Shown here one piece after another: positions 30,682 to 40,162 of a stretch of 49,378 nt of DNA (position 1 is the stretch's first letter; each line of letters begins with the position of its first letter). The notes under the pieces are model-generated. The model saw nothing but the letters and a program-made list of their open reading frames with translations. It made no database searches and was not told where the DNA came from. The position numbers and the translations under genes are program-made. This DNA is from Fidelibacterota bacterium (lineage in GTDB: Bacteria > Fidelibacterota > UBA8477), in the NCBI GenBank assembly GCA_021734065.1, contig JAIPJQ010000005.1, forward strand, positions 1-49,378. The letters run 5' to 3'.

Positions 30682-31872
30682 ATGGCGCAATATTTCAATC
30701 GGTGGATGTTCCTGATTTTGGCTTTGCTTGGTTCTTTAAGAGCAGAGGATATCCTGCAACTGACCGCCAGATTGGAATTTACAGACCCGGTTATCTCTGT
30801 CCATTTTCGGTCAAGTCATGCGCCATCCAGAGTTTGGATTGTGCAACAGGAACAGGCGGTCCAAGTCTTGAACAGCCAGGGGCGCCAGGAAGCAACGATC
30901 GCTGCCACGGCGGAGGATGTGGTGATTGTATCGCCCTCCCGCCGTTACTTCGCGATTGTAGCCCTTTTACCCGACCAGACCGCCAGCGCCGCCGGTCGTT
31001 TGCTTTCGGTGCGTGTTTTCCACCACACCGGTACATCGCTGTATCATAGCGCGTCCCCATTCAATTCCGTTTTTAATCGTCCCCAAATTCTCCTTACCGA
31101 TGATGGCTCTCTGGTATTTACCGATCAGTATGAAACGACTATCCGGGAGATTTATGACGGAACGACCCTGAACGAAATTGAGTTGAGCCGCTTTTTCCCG
31201 AATTGGGAAACAGAAAATGATACCTGGTTAAATGCCGTCACGCCGGACCGCGGATATTATGTGGTTTCTTCAATCATGGATTCCATGACTCAACAACCCG
31301 TGGTTCAGGTTGCCATTCTCAGTAATCGGCTGAATCTGTTGTCCCATTATCAAATTCCCGGCCAGGTTCTCCGATTATTTCCTGTGACGGGGCAGGGGAA
31401 GGCGTATTTGGGATTTAATAAGAACGAGCTGACCCAACTTGCCCTCCTGGGGCGCGATAGCGTTATCACCCTGAGCGCCACCGTACCGCAGGAAATATTG
31501 CCTGCGGGTGATCCGGGACGAGCTTTGTTCATATCGCTCAAAGGTCTTCAAATATTGAATTGGAACGATGGGATGTTAGAGACCGGGTATATTCCACAGG
31601 AAATGGATAAGGTCATTTCAGCCGCCTTCTTACCAGGCGTGGAAGGCTACCTGATTCTGTATGGCCGACAGCGATTGCGTGATGATGAAATGTATTACGA
31701 TAACCTGCGATTGAATCTGGTGAATAAAGTGGGTGATTTGTGGTACGCGCAGCAATTGGATGGTCAAATGCGGTATGCACCGGGTATTACCATCATTGAT
31801 GAACAAACTGTCGCACTGAAAACGGATTATCAGATCAAAATTTACCATGTACCCATTCAATTGAATAAATAA
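30682..31872 (+). CDS. Secreted hypothetical protein, probable remote paralogue of 27324..28517
   Basis: 396-aa ORF starting 5 nt after the upstream stop, with a signal peptide (..GSLRA-E) and beta-rich composition. Confidence 0.7.
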   Translation: MAQYFNRWMFLILALLGSLRAEDILQLTARLEFTDPVISVHFRSSHAPSRVWIVQQEQAVQVLNSQGRQEATIAATAEDVVIVSPSRRYFAIVALLPDQTASAAGRLLSVRVFHHTGTSLYHSASPFNSVFNRPQILLTDDGSLVFTDQYETTIREIYDGTTLNEIELSRFFPNWETENDTWLNAVTPDRGYYVVSSIMDSMTQQPVVQVAILSNRLNLLSHYQIPGQVLRLFPVTGQGKAYLGFNKNELTQLALLGRDSVITLSATVPQEILPAGDPGRALFISLKGLQILNWNDGMLETGYIPQEMDKVISAAFLPGVEGYLILYGRQRLRDDEMYYDNLRLNLVNKVGDLWYAQQLDGQMRYAPGITIIDEQTVALKTDYQIKIYHVPIQLNK

Positions 31873-31898
31873 TAGGGAACAGCAAAAGAGGACGATAC

Positions 31899-32960
31899 AT
31901 GACTCGAATATTCCATATGATTTTAATGCTCACCGCGACGATTCTGGTGGTTGGGTGTGGAGAAAAAATTGATTCTCTCAATGGTACTCCCCAAAAAATG
32001 CACAATGTTCAACAATTGACCTTCGAAGGTGACAACGGTGAAGCCTACTGGTCACCGGACGGACAAAAGATCATTTTTCAAAGCAAACGGGACGGTCGCG
32101 GATGTGACCAGATTTATACCATGAATGCGGATGGCTCGGACCAGCACATGGTGAGTAATGGTCTGGGTGCCTGCACGTGTGCCTATTTTACTAGCGACAT
32201 GAGTCGGATCATCTTTGCCTCCACTTTTGGTGTTGTTGACAGCTGCCCGCCCCGACCACCGTCCCGTCCAGGCAAATACATCTGGCCGCAGTTCCCCTAC
32301 GAGATTTATTCCGCCAATCCGGATGGCTCCGACCTGCGAAAAATTCGTGAAAACCCGGGATATGATGCCGAACCAACGGTCTGCTTTGCCACTAACCGGG
32401 TGATCTTTACGTCCCGGGTTGATAATGACCTGGAGTTGTTCGCCATGAATGCGGATGGATCGGATGTTCAACGGATAACGCACCGCCTGGGGTATGATGG
32501 TGGCGCTTATTTTTCCCCGGACGGGAAGGAAATCGTCTGGCGCGCCTGGTACCCGGAGGATCACGCTGATTCCCTGCGGTGGATCAACAATATGAAAGCA
32601 AGCCTGGTAGAGGCCGTTCCACTGGATGTGTATGTGATGAATGCAGATGGAACCAACATTCGGCGACTGACCCAAAATGGTGCCACCAACTGGGCGCCTT
32701 CCTGGCATCCCGATGGTGAGCATATCATCTTTTCCTCCAACATGGATGACTGGCGCCGTGAATATGGCGCCTATGGACATAATTTTGAATTGTATTACAT
32801 CCATAAAAATGGCTCCGGGCTCACACGACTCACCTATAACACTACCTTTGATAGTTTCCCCATGTTCTCACCCGATGGTAAAAAGGTTGCTTTCGCGACA
32901 AACCGAGACGCGCAAAATCCTCGGGCTACTCATGTCTATGTTGCTGACTGGGTTGATTAA
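31899..32960 (+). CDS. TolB-like (PD40/WD40-like) beta-propeller lipoprotein
   Basis: Lipobox LVVGC. Repeats EAYWSPDG, IYTMNADGSD, GAYFSPDG, APSWHPDG and FPMFSPDG. Confidence 0.88.
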   Translation: MTRIFHMILMLTATILVVGCGEKIDSLNGTPQKMHNVQQLTFEGDNGEAYWSPDGQKIIFQSKRDGRGCDQIYTMNADGSDQHMVSNGLGACTCAYFTSDMSRIIFASTFGVVDSCPPRPPSRPGKYIWPQFPYEIYSANPDGSDLRKIRENPGYDAEPTVCFATNRVIFTSRVDNDLELFAMNADGSDVQRITHRLGYDGGAYFSPDGKEIVWRAWYPEDHADSLRWINNMKASLVEAVPLDVYVMNADGTNIRRLTQNGATNWAPSWHPDGEHIIFSSNMDDWRREYGAYGHNFELYYIHKNGSGLTRLTYNTTFDSFPMFSPDGKKVAFATNRDAQNPRATHVYVADWVD

Positions 32961-32981
32961 TACCATAAACGGGGCGTTAGA

Positions 32982-33170
32982 TTGCTGAATAAATTTCTGC
33001 ACCTGTACTTGCCTTATGGTGCCATTGACCTGTTCCTGGCTGTTGCCATCGTATCAGAGATTATCCTTATGAATTACCAGCTGCTGTGGGCAAATCTCCC
33101 GGTACTCATGCTGGGATTATGGTCATTTTCCAGAAAATTGAGCGAGATACAGGATGTTTCTGATAACTGA
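32982..33170 (+). CDS. Small hydrophobic (two-TM) hypothetical protein
   Basis: 62-aa ORF with a TTG start that fills the gap between co-oriented genes and overlaps the next start. Two hydrophobic segments. Confidence 0.45.
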   Translation: MLNKFLHLYLPYGAIDLFLAVAIVSEIILMNYQLLWANLPVLMLGLWSFSRKLSEIQDVSDN

Positions 33171-33783
33171 ACTGGTCATGGTTGTGGTTACGGGGATTCT
33201 TCTCATCCATGCTGTGGAGGAAAATTCTCTGGAATTTGCCCTCTATTTCTGGCTTGGTGGTGCCTGGTTCAGTTTGTTACGCGAATTGCTCGTCGCCAAT
33301 TATTCGCATCTTTACGCCTATGGCGGATTTACCATCTGGCTATTCAAGGTGCCCGTAATCTATCTGGTATTCTGGACGAATTTCGCCTATGTGGCGTTCC
33401 GCTGGAGTGAGAATGCGTTGGAGGAGAACTTCTTTGCCCGGAAGCCTGGACAAAACTTCTATCCACTCGTGTTTTTAATTCTGGTGGTACTGGGCATCAT
33501 GGTGGAAGGCTATGGCAGCCAATTCCAGATGATCCGCTGGCAATTCGAGACGCCTCTTAGACTCTGGGGCGGGGTACCGGTGGTGATTTCCTTCAGTTAT
33601 GGAATAATGGGCGTCATATATGTGGCTGCATTTCGGGAAATATGGACCACCATATCAGATCCGCTCAAACGAGTGTATCACCTCATCGCCTGGGCACCGT
33701 TGTTGGTTCTGATTCACATGGGGGCGTTATTCATTATCAAAGTCAGTATTGACATTTTTTCAGGCCAGTTGAAACTTTATTGA
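33154..33783 (+). CDS. Integral membrane protein, CruF/DUF422 (carotenoid hydratase)-like
   Basis: About six TM segments with a duplicated E...Y/W...(W)..VP[VI] motif (RE..V....LYAY....WLFKVPV; VEG.G.....W.....WGGVPV). The family assignment is tentative. Confidence 0.5.
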   Translation: MFLITELVMVVVTGILLIHAVEENSLEFALYFWLGGAWFSLLRELLVANYSHLYAYGGFTIWLFKVPVIYLVFWTNFAYVAFRWSENALEENFFARKPGQNFYPLVFLILVVLGIMVEGYGSQFQMIRWQFETPLRLWGGVPVVISFSYGIMGVIYVAAFREIWTTISDPLKRVYHLIAWAPLLVLIHMGALFIIKVSIDIFSGQLKLY

Positions 33784-33808
33784 CAAAGGTCATCCTCCCG
33801 TTTACTTT
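33780..33808 (+). promoter_or_regulatory. sigma70 promoter of tRNA-Leu
   Basis: TTGACA (33780-33785, overlapping the upstream TGA stop), 17-nt spacer, TACTTT (33803-33808), then a GC-rich discriminator GCCCGC. Confidence 0.75.
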
Positions 33809-33824
33809 TGCCCGCTTTTTGGCA

Positions 33825-33912
33825 GCCCAGGTGGTGGAATTGGTAGACACGCTAGGTTCAGGGTCTAGTGCCGATTACTGGTGTGCGAGTTCGACTCTCG
33901 CCCTGGGCACCA
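33825..33912 (+). tRNA. tRNA-Leu (anticodon CAG)
   Basis: Acceptor stem GCCCAGG/CCTGGGC-A-CCA. D arm GGTGGAATTGGTAGACAC. Anticodon arm CTAGG-TTCAGGG-TCTAG. Long variable arm. T arm GCGAG-TTCGACT-CTCGC. Confidence 0.97.
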
Positions 33913-33918
33913 AAATAC

Positions 33919-33955
33919 GAAAAGCCTCTAATTACTTGGTAATCAGGGGCTTTTC
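33919..33955 (+). terminator. Intrinsic terminator after tRNA-Leu
   Basis: GAAAAGCCTCT-AATTAC-TTG-GTAATC-AGGGGCTTTTC hairpin followed by AATTT. Confidence 0.75.
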
Positions 33956-34115
33956 AATTTCTATTAAACCAAAGAATACATTCACATGCTTATATTCACA
34001 CATTCGTGTGCATTCCAATCGTGGGATAGGTGAAATTTATTGGCTCACCATTCAGGGATTGTAAATTGACACACGATGACAAAGCAATACAACTGAAATC
34101 CGAAATGGGGTGATT

Positions 34116-34484
34116 ATGGGGCGTGTCATTCATTTTGATCTGGAAGCGCAGGATCCGGATCGAGCCATGCGATTTTATCAGGAAGTCTTTCAGTGGCAAT
34201 TTAGTAAGTGGGATGGACCGTTGGAGTATTGGCTGATTAAAACCGGTGCTGATGAGGAGCCGGGCATTGATGGTGGTCTGACCAGGACAGAAGGGGACAA
34301 ACCGGAAACCACCAATACCATTGCTGTGGAGAATCTTGATTTAGTGCTGGAACGATTACGTCAATCAGGTGGAAAAATTATTCGTGAAAAGGGGGCTATT
34401 CCCGCAGTCGGATGGATTGCTTATTGCACCGATACGGAGGGTAATTATTTCGGTGTGATTGAGAATGATGGAGAGGCGAGGTGA
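34116..34484 (+). CDS. VOC (glyoxalase/bleomycin resistance) family protein
   Basis: VIHFD..A.DPDRA..FY..VF.W, GIDGGL, GGKII.EK..IP.VG.IAY..DTEGN.FG..E. Confidence 0.92.
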   Translation: MGRVIHFDLEAQDPDRAMRFYQEVFQWQFSKWDGPLEYWLIKTGADEEPGIDGGLTRTEGDKPETTNTIAVENLDLVLERLRQSGGKIIREKGAIPAVGWIAYCTDTEGNYFGVIENDGEAR

Positions 34485-34789
34485 GCGGCATGCAAAAACA
34501 AACCTTTATTTATCAGCTAAAACTCACGGATCCATCCAAAGCGGAAACGCTTACCGAAGACGAAAAATGCATTGTGAGTGACCATTTCGAATATCTGAAG
34601 AATCTCCTGGACAAGGAGTTGTTGATTCTGGCCGGGCGCACAGAAGGTGCGGAGTTCGGGATTGTCATTTTCGAAGCAGAAAGTGGGTCCCGCGCCCGTG
34701 AAATCATGGAAAATGACCCGGTGATAAAAAATGGGCTGATGATCGGTGAAATTTATCCCTATCGGCTGGCACTGTGGCGTCGCCATTGA
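34481..34789 (+). CDS. YciI-family protein
   Basis: H..YLK.L...L.LAGRT, GIVIFEAES...A..IM.NDP....G. The start is GTG 34481 or ATG 34490. Confidence 0.85.
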   Translation: MSGMQKQTFIYQLKLTDPSKAETLTEDEKCIVSDHFEYLKNLLDKELLILAGRTEGAEFGIVIFEAESGSRAREIMENDPVIKNGLMIGEIYPYRLALWRRH

Positions 34790-34871
34790 TACATTTTGAT
34801 AGTGTTTGACAATGAATCATGACCTAATCTGCCAGTGAGACATTACGAATTTTATCACAGGAGGTATCCGC

Positions 34872-35060
34872 ATGGCAAAACCGTATAAATTTGAATTTGA
34901 CGAAGATGAATTGATGGAACTGAAACAGCTGCTGAAGAAGCTGGAGACCAAAGAACCACGCGTTGAAGTGAAGGTGAATGGCTATGTGCGCAGCTTTGCC
35001 AAAAACATGTTACGAGCCATTCAGGAGCAGGAAGATTTTTACAAGTATGACCAATGGTAA
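34872..35060 (+). CDS. Small charged hypothetical protein
   Basis: Strong AGGAGG RBS. 62 aa. The stop overlaps the next gene's start. Confidence 0.65.
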   Translation: MAKPYKFEFDEDELMELKQLLKKLETKEPRVEVKVNGYVRSFAKNMLRAIQEQEDFYKYDQW

Positions 35061-35497
35061 ACAATAATGTGATTCTGGTGTCAGCCTGTCTGCTGGGTGA
35101 AAAATGTCGCTATGACGGACAGGGCAATTATTCATCAGCGGTGGAGCGGGTATTGGAAGGGCAGATGGTTGTTTCGGTATGTCCGGAAGTGGCCGGCGGA
35201 TTAGGTGTGCCAAGAGCACCAGCGGAAATTGTGGATGACCGGGTCCTGCGGGAGGATGGAACGGACGTGACCGCTGAATATGAAGCCGGGGTAAAGGCAT
35301 GCATGGAAGTTGTGGAAAAATATTCCGTGATAAAAGCCATTCTGAAAGCCCGGAGTCCGGCCTGTGGGTGTGGACTTATTTACAATGGTCAATTCAATGG
35401 CACAATAATAACCGGCGATGGACTTTTAACACGCGCACTGAAGGCTCGGGGGATTGCATGTGAAACCGAAGAAACGGTTGGTAGAGAAGAGACATGA
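35054..35497 (+). CDS. DUF523 family protein (2-thiouracil desulfurase-like)
   Basis: VSACLLG..CRYDG, CPEV.GGL.VPR and LK.RSP.CG motifs. Confidence 0.9.
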   Translation: MVNNNVILVSACLLGEKCRYDGQGNYSSAVERVLEGQMVVSVCPEVAGGLGVPRAPAEIVDDRVLREDGTDVTAEYEAGVKACMEVVEKYSVIKAILKARSPACGCGLIYNGQFNGTIITGDGLLTRALKARGIACETEETVGREET

Positions 35498-36249
35498 TGC
35501 TGTCTGAAACAGAAATTAAGCGTGCAGCAGTCCTCATTAAAGAATCACCCTACACCGTAGCCTTCACCGGCGCTGGCATTTCAGTAGAATCTGGCATCCC
35601 GCCCTTCCGTGGTGGGGATGGTCTGTGGAATAAATTTGATCCTTCGTTTCTGGAAATCGATTATTTTTACCAACAACCCCTGAAGTCATGGGAGTTGATA
35701 CGGAAAATATTCTATCAATACCTGGGGAAAGCCCGTCCCAATAAAGCCCATGATGTATTAGCGCGGATGGAAGCGCGGAAACTTATTCACGCCTTGATTA
35801 CCCAGAATATCGATAATCTCCACCAGCAGGCCGGCAATCAGGATGTGATTGAATTCCACGGTACCACCGGCAGGTTGATCTGCACCGCTTGCCACCAAAC
35901 AATCAACGATACTGCCCAAATAACAAAACTGATTGAGAACTTACCACCTGCCTGTCCTGAGTGCGGGGGACTGCTGAAACCGGATTTTGTTTTTTTCAGT
36001 GAAATGATCCCTGAAAGCGCACGGGAGCGTAGTTTCACCGCTGCACAAAAAGCGACTGTTTTCATGATTATTGGTACATCCGGAGATGTCTTTCCGGCTG
36101 CCATGCTCCCTCCCAGATCAAAACAGACCGGCGCTACGATCATTGAAATTAATACGGCACCGACATCCTATACTGACGCCACCACAGATATTTTCCTGGA
36201 AGGCAAAGCATCGGTGGTCATGGAAGCAATTGAAAAAGCGTTGGAATGA
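35494..36249 (+). CDS. cobB: NAD-dependent protein deacylase (Sir2 family)
   Basis: [30 protein letters not shown]...CP.CGG..KPD.V.F.E, GTSG.V.PAA and EIN. Confidence 0.93.
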   Translation: MMLSETEIKRAAVLIKESPYTVAFTGAGISVESGIPPFRGGDGLWNKFDPSFLEIDYFYQQPLKSWELIRKIFYQYLGKARPNKAHDVLARMEARKLIHALITQNIDNLHQQAGNQDVIEFHGTTGRLICTACHQTINDTAQITKLIENLPPACPECGGLLKPDFVFFSEMIPESARERSFTAAQKATVFMIIGTSGDVFPAAMLPPRSKQTGATIIEINTAPTSYTDATTDIFLEGKASVVMEAIEKALE

Positions 36250-37262
36250 TGGCGCCATACGACTCAGACATACGCCCGGAAAAACAATGGTGGCAGCGTG
36301 GGAAGCGGGTTATCGGTGTGGATGAAGCCGGACGCGGTCCCCTGGCCGGACCCGTGGTGGCTGCCGCGGTGGAATTGAATCCTGAGAATTTACCCGTTGG
36401 CATTAAAGACTCAAAAAAACTCACTGCCAAATCACGGTCAACTGTAGCGACAACTATCTATGCACAATCTATTCAAACAGGCATTGGCATCGTTCATGAG
36501 CAGGAGATTGACCGGATTAATATTTTACAAGCCACTTTTCAGGCCATGCGATCAGGTTTAGAAAAGTTTAAAACTGAGAATACCCATGTTCTGGTCGATG
36601 GCAAATTTACCATTCCGGATTTCGAACAGGAACAGACTGCGTTGGTGGATGGAGATGATCTGAGTATCTCCATCGGCGCGGCGTCCATTATTGCCAAAAC
36701 CTTTAGGGACAGAATGATGTTGTCCTACCACGTGCTGTTTCCCGAATATGGGTTTGATGCCCACAAAGGCTATGGCTCCAAACGCCATTTGGAAGCTCTG
36801 ACGGAGTACGGTCGCTGTCCAATTCACCGGCGTTCTTTCAATCCGGTACGCGATGCACCTAATCGGCGGTTTCGCATGAAGGATAATGCCCAAAAAGCCG
36901 GGTGGTTGGGAGAAATATATGCCGGAATGTATTTTGTCCGGAATGGCTATGACCTGTTGATGCATGGCTACCACGGCAGTCGGGATGGTGAAATTGATCT
37001 TATTGCACTTAAGGGCAGGGAGGTCATTTTTGTAGAGGTCAAAAGCTATCTTCGCGCTGCAGAAGCCGAACCAGCCCATTATCGGGTTACACCCGCTAAA
37101 CAAAAGAAAATTGCGGATACTGCAGAGCATTTTTATACCAATGAGGTGTACAAAAATCGCTATCCGGCCGAACCGGAAAGTCGCTTTGATATTGTCACGG
37201 TGGATTTCAGCCGAAAAAAGCCGGTTTTAAAGCATTTTGCCGACGCATTTTTACCCCTTTGA
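36246..37262 (+). CDS. rnhB: Ribonuclease HII fused in frame to a YraN (UPF0102) domain
   Basis: N-part: [36 protein letters not shown]...H and HRRSF. C-part from ~36876: G..GE..A..Y...GY, GEIDLIA....VIFVEVK, KQKKI..TA and RFDIV.V...HF.DAF. Confidence 0.92.
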   Translation: MMAPYDSDIRPEKQWWQRGKRVIGVDEAGRGPLAGPVVAAAVELNPENLPVGIKDSKKLTAKSRSTVATTIYAQSIQTGIGIVHEQEIDRINILQATFQAMRSGLEKFKTENTHVLVDGKFTIPDFEQEQTALVDGDDLSISIGAASIIAKTFRDRMMLSYHVLFPEYGFDAHKGYGSKRHLEALTEYGRCPIHRRSFNPVRDAPNRRFRMKDNAQKAGWLGEIYAGMYFVRNGYDLLMHGYHGSRDGEIDLIALKGREVIFVEVKSYLRAAEAEPAHYRVTPAKQKKIADTAEHFYTNEVYKNRYPAEPESRFDIVTVDFSRKKPVLKHFADAFLPL

Positions 37263-37345
37263 CCGGGATTCAGATTGGAAAAATTAGTTTGTCGTTTATG
37301 TTTCAACTTGCTCCGGAGAACGCATCAGGGAAAGAGGAAAATGAC

Positions 37346-39091
37346 ATGACCCCATTGATCACTAGACCCTTCCAATTGATAGCTAGAACACTGCTTATGA
37401 GCCTTTTTCTAATCGGTGGTATAAGCAATTCTCTTCTGGCCTGGGATCCGCCTGCCTATGGCCAGAATGGGATGGTGGTCGCCCATGATGAACTGGCCGC
37501 AGAAGCCGGCCGAAAGGTATTGGCTGCGGGAGGGAATGCCATTGATGCAGCTGTTGCAGTGGGATACGCATTGGCGGTAACCTACCCACCAGCCGGCAAT
37601 ATTGGTGGCGGTGGGTTTATGGTGATTCGAATGGCCGATGGGCGTATGGCAGCCATTGACTATCGCGAAAAAGCCCCTGCAAGAGCAAACCGAGACATGT
37701 TTTTGGACGATTCTGGCCGGGTGGTCCCGGGATTAAGTCTGCAGGGTGGTTTAGCTGTAGGTGTTCCTGGTACGGTTGCCGGTTTGCAGATGGCGCTGGA
37801 CAATTATGGGACCATGAAATTGAAAGAGGTGATCAACCCTGCCATTGATCTTGCCAAACGCGGATTCCCTGTAAATTTTTATCTGTCATACGCGCTACAC
37901 TACCTAAATCAAGCCGCTGCAAAATACCCGGAAACCGTACGGGTGTTTGGTCGGGACGGAAATCCCCCTAAGCCGGGAGAAATTTTCAAACAGCCTGACC
38001 TGGCGCGCACGCTGAAAACCATTCGGCGGAAGGGTCCGGCTGGCTTCTATCAGGGGAAGGTTGCTGAGAAGTTGGTGGAATCCGTACAGGCAGCCGGTGG
38101 TATTATTTCGCTTGAAGATTTGGAAAATTATCAGCCTGTTTTGAGACGTCCGGTCACCGGTGAATACAAAGGTTATCAAGTCCTGTCAATGCCACCACCG
38201 AGTAGTGGCGGGATTGCCCTGATTTCTATGCTCAACATGCTGAAACAATTTGAATTAGACACCATGGACTGGCACGGTGCAGATTATGTGCAGGTGTTGA
38301 CAGAAGTGGAGCGTCGTGCTTACGCTGATCGCAGCGTCTGGTTTGGCGATGCTGATTATTGGCCGGTTCCTACCGAAACATTACTCTCTATGGCTTATGC
38401 GAATACCCGTATGGCGGATTTTGTCTGGGGAAAAGCCACACCCAGTGAAATGGTGCAACCGCTGGGAGATGCCGCCATGGACTCACTAAAAGCGGTTTTA
38501 CGGGAGAGTGAGGAAACCACCCATTATTCAGTCGTTGACAAGTGGGGGAATGCCGTGAGTACAACTACCACGCTGAATTGGACGTTTGGATCACTGGTGA
38601 CCGTAAATGATTGCGGGTTTTTGCTGAATGATGAAATGGACGATTTCAGTGCGAAACCGGGCGTTCCCAACGCGTTTGGATTGGTGGGCAATGAAGCCAA
38701 TGCCATTCAACCCAACAAGCGCATGCTTTCAAGTATGACCCCGACCATTTTCGTGAAAAATGACAGCGTCCGCTATATCATCGGTACGCCCGGTGGCTCT
38801 ACCATCATTACCTCTGTGATGCAGGTGTTTTTAAATGCTATTGAGGAAAGAATGGGAATTGTGGATGCGGTCCGAATGCCCCGGGTACACCACCAGTGGC
38901 TGCCGGATGTCATCTATATCGAGCCCTATGCATTGGGACCGGAGACCATTGCCGCATTGGAGCGAAACGGTTACAGAGTGGTGATTCGCAGTACCATCGG
39001 TGAGGTAAATGCCATCGGCTGGGACCCAATTTTCAAGGGTTGGATTGGGGCGCCGGATCAGCGCGGTGCGGCGGCAGCGGTTGGGTATTAA
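37346..39091 (+). CDS. ggt: Gamma-glutamyltransferase
   Basis: GGNAIDAAVA, GNIGGGGF, DYRE.AP, VPGTVAG, PPPSSGG, ETTHYSVVD (nucleophile Thr), LNDEMDDF, RMLSSMTP and GTPGGS. ATG 37346 follows GAGG. Confidence 0.96.
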   Translation: MTPLITRPFQLIARTLLMSLFLIGGISNSLLAWDPPAYGQNGMVVAHDELAAEAGRKVLAAGGNAIDAAVAVGYALAVTYPPAGNIGGGGFMVIRMADGRMAAIDYREKAPARANRDMFLDDSGRVVPGLSLQGGLAVGVPGTVAGLQMALDNYGTMKLKEVINPAIDLAKRGFPVNFYLSYALHYLNQAAAKYPETVRVFGRDGNPPKPGEIFKQPDLARTLKTIRRKGPAGFYQGKVAEKLVESVQAAGGIISLEDLENYQPVLRRPVTGEYKGYQVLSMPPPSSGGIALISMLNMLKQFELDTMDWHGADYVQVLTEVERRAYADRSVWFGDADYWPVPTETLLSMAYANTRMADFVWGKATPSEMVQPLGDAAMDSLKAVLRESEETTHYSVVDKWGNAVSTTTTLNWTFGSLVTVNDCGFLLNDEMDDFSAKPGVPNAFGLVGNEANAIQPNKRMLSSMTPTIFVKNDSVRYIIGTPGGSTIITSVMQVFLNAIEERMGIVDAVRMPRVHHQWLPDVIYIEPYALGPETIAALERNGYRVVIRSTIGEVNAIGWDPIFKGWIGAPDQRGAAAAVGY

Positions 39092-39142
39092 TGAACTTTC
39101 TGAGTCAGCCGGAGTTACAGCTACAAATTTTTAAGGATCAGA

Positions 39143-40033
39143 ATGGCTAAAAAATCAAAAGGCAAACCGAAAGACCGCGGATTTTCGCGGGGCTTACTCC
39201 ATGTCATTGTTTCTGTGTTGATTCTGCGGGCAACGGTGATTGAGGCTTATAATGTTCCTACCGGATCCATGGAAAATACGGTCAGGGTGGGGGATTTCAT
39301 TTTAGGGAATAAATTTGTCTATGGTATTCGCACACCGGACTGGATTGGCATTCCCTGGACGAATATCGGTTTCAGTGTTCCATACACCAGACTCCCGGGA
39401 TTCGCCGTTCCCAAAAGTGGTGATGTGGTGATTTTTCGGTATCCCAACGATCGCTGGCCAGCCAATGTGATCGGTCCACTGGATCCCAGTTTGAATTACA
39501 TCAAACGCTGTATTGCCGGTCCCGATGAGACGCTGCAAATCAAGCAAAAACGGGTTTATGTGAATGGTGAAGAAATGCCGCTTCCCACGCATGGAAAGCT
39601 TTCCTACGCCAATATGATGCCGCCTGAATACAAGGAGCGCATGATTTTCCCGCCCGGAATGGGAAACCGGGATAATTATGGCCCACTACGAATGCCCTCA
39701 GTCGGCGATACGCTGCGAATTGACGCCACGAATCTTGAATTTTGCAGAAATGTGATCAGCCTTGAGGGACACGAGGTGTTTTCCACCCAAAATCATAAAT
39801 TGATTATCGATGGCAAACCTGCGGATTATTATGTCTGCAGTCAGAACTTCTACTTTATGATGGGTGATAACCGGGACAATTCACATGACAGCCGATTCTG
39901 GGGACTTGTACCCGAAGACAATATCATCGGTGAAGCGCTGATGATCTATCTTTCCTGGGACCAGACTGAGCCTAATTTGGTGAAACGCTTGTTCACCCTG
40001 CGGCCATCCCGGATGTTTACACTGGTTGATTAA
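39143..40033 (+). CDS. lepB: Signal peptidase I
   Basis: VPTGSME.T (catalytic Ser), GDVVIF, NYIKRC (catalytic Lys) and MGDNRDNSHDSRFWG. Confidence 0.96.
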   Translation: MAKKSKGKPKDRGFSRGLLHVIVSVLILRATVIEAYNVPTGSMENTVRVGDFILGNKFVYGIRTPDWIGIPWTNIGFSVPYTRLPGFAVPKSGDVVIFRYPNDRWPANVIGPLDPSLNYIKRCIAGPDETLQIKQKRVYVNGEEMPLPTHGKLSYANMMPPEYKERMIFPPGMGNRDNYGPLRMPSVGDTLRIDATNLEFCRNVISLEGHEVFSTQNHKLIIDGKPADYYVCSQNFYFMMGDNRDNSHDSRFWGLVPEDNIIGEALMIYLSWDQTEPNLVKRLFTLRPSRMFTLVD

Positions 40034-40162
40034 CCCGTCAGGTAAATCAGCAGGCAGAGCTAGCATTCCCCTCCACAAAGACCTTCTATAAAAATCCAAT
40101 TTTGGATATCAGCTAGTTGCATCCGGTAAGGGTACGCAGATGTTCTTTTGGTGCGGATTCGT

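Noticed and set aside
33686-33698. TCGCCTGGGCACC resembles the tRNA 3' end (TCGCCCTGGGCACC), a possible att remnant
   Set aside because: It is short, gapped, upstream of the tRNA and inside an intact coding frame (IAWAP), so it is consistent with chance.
32982-33783. Possible frameshifted single membrane protein
   Set aside because: The ORFs overlap by 17 nt in different frames, the second has its own ATG and looks complete, and no slippery site was seen.
34066-34830. TTGACA hexamers at 34066 and 34806 as promoters
   Set aside because: No convincing -10 element at 16-18 nt spacing, so they were not reported.
33825-35497. tRNA-Leu followed by small accessory-looking genes as a possible integration island
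   Set aside because: No integrase, no downstream duplicate of the tRNA 3' end was noticed, and the genes run straight into housekeeping cobB-rnhB-ggt-lepB.
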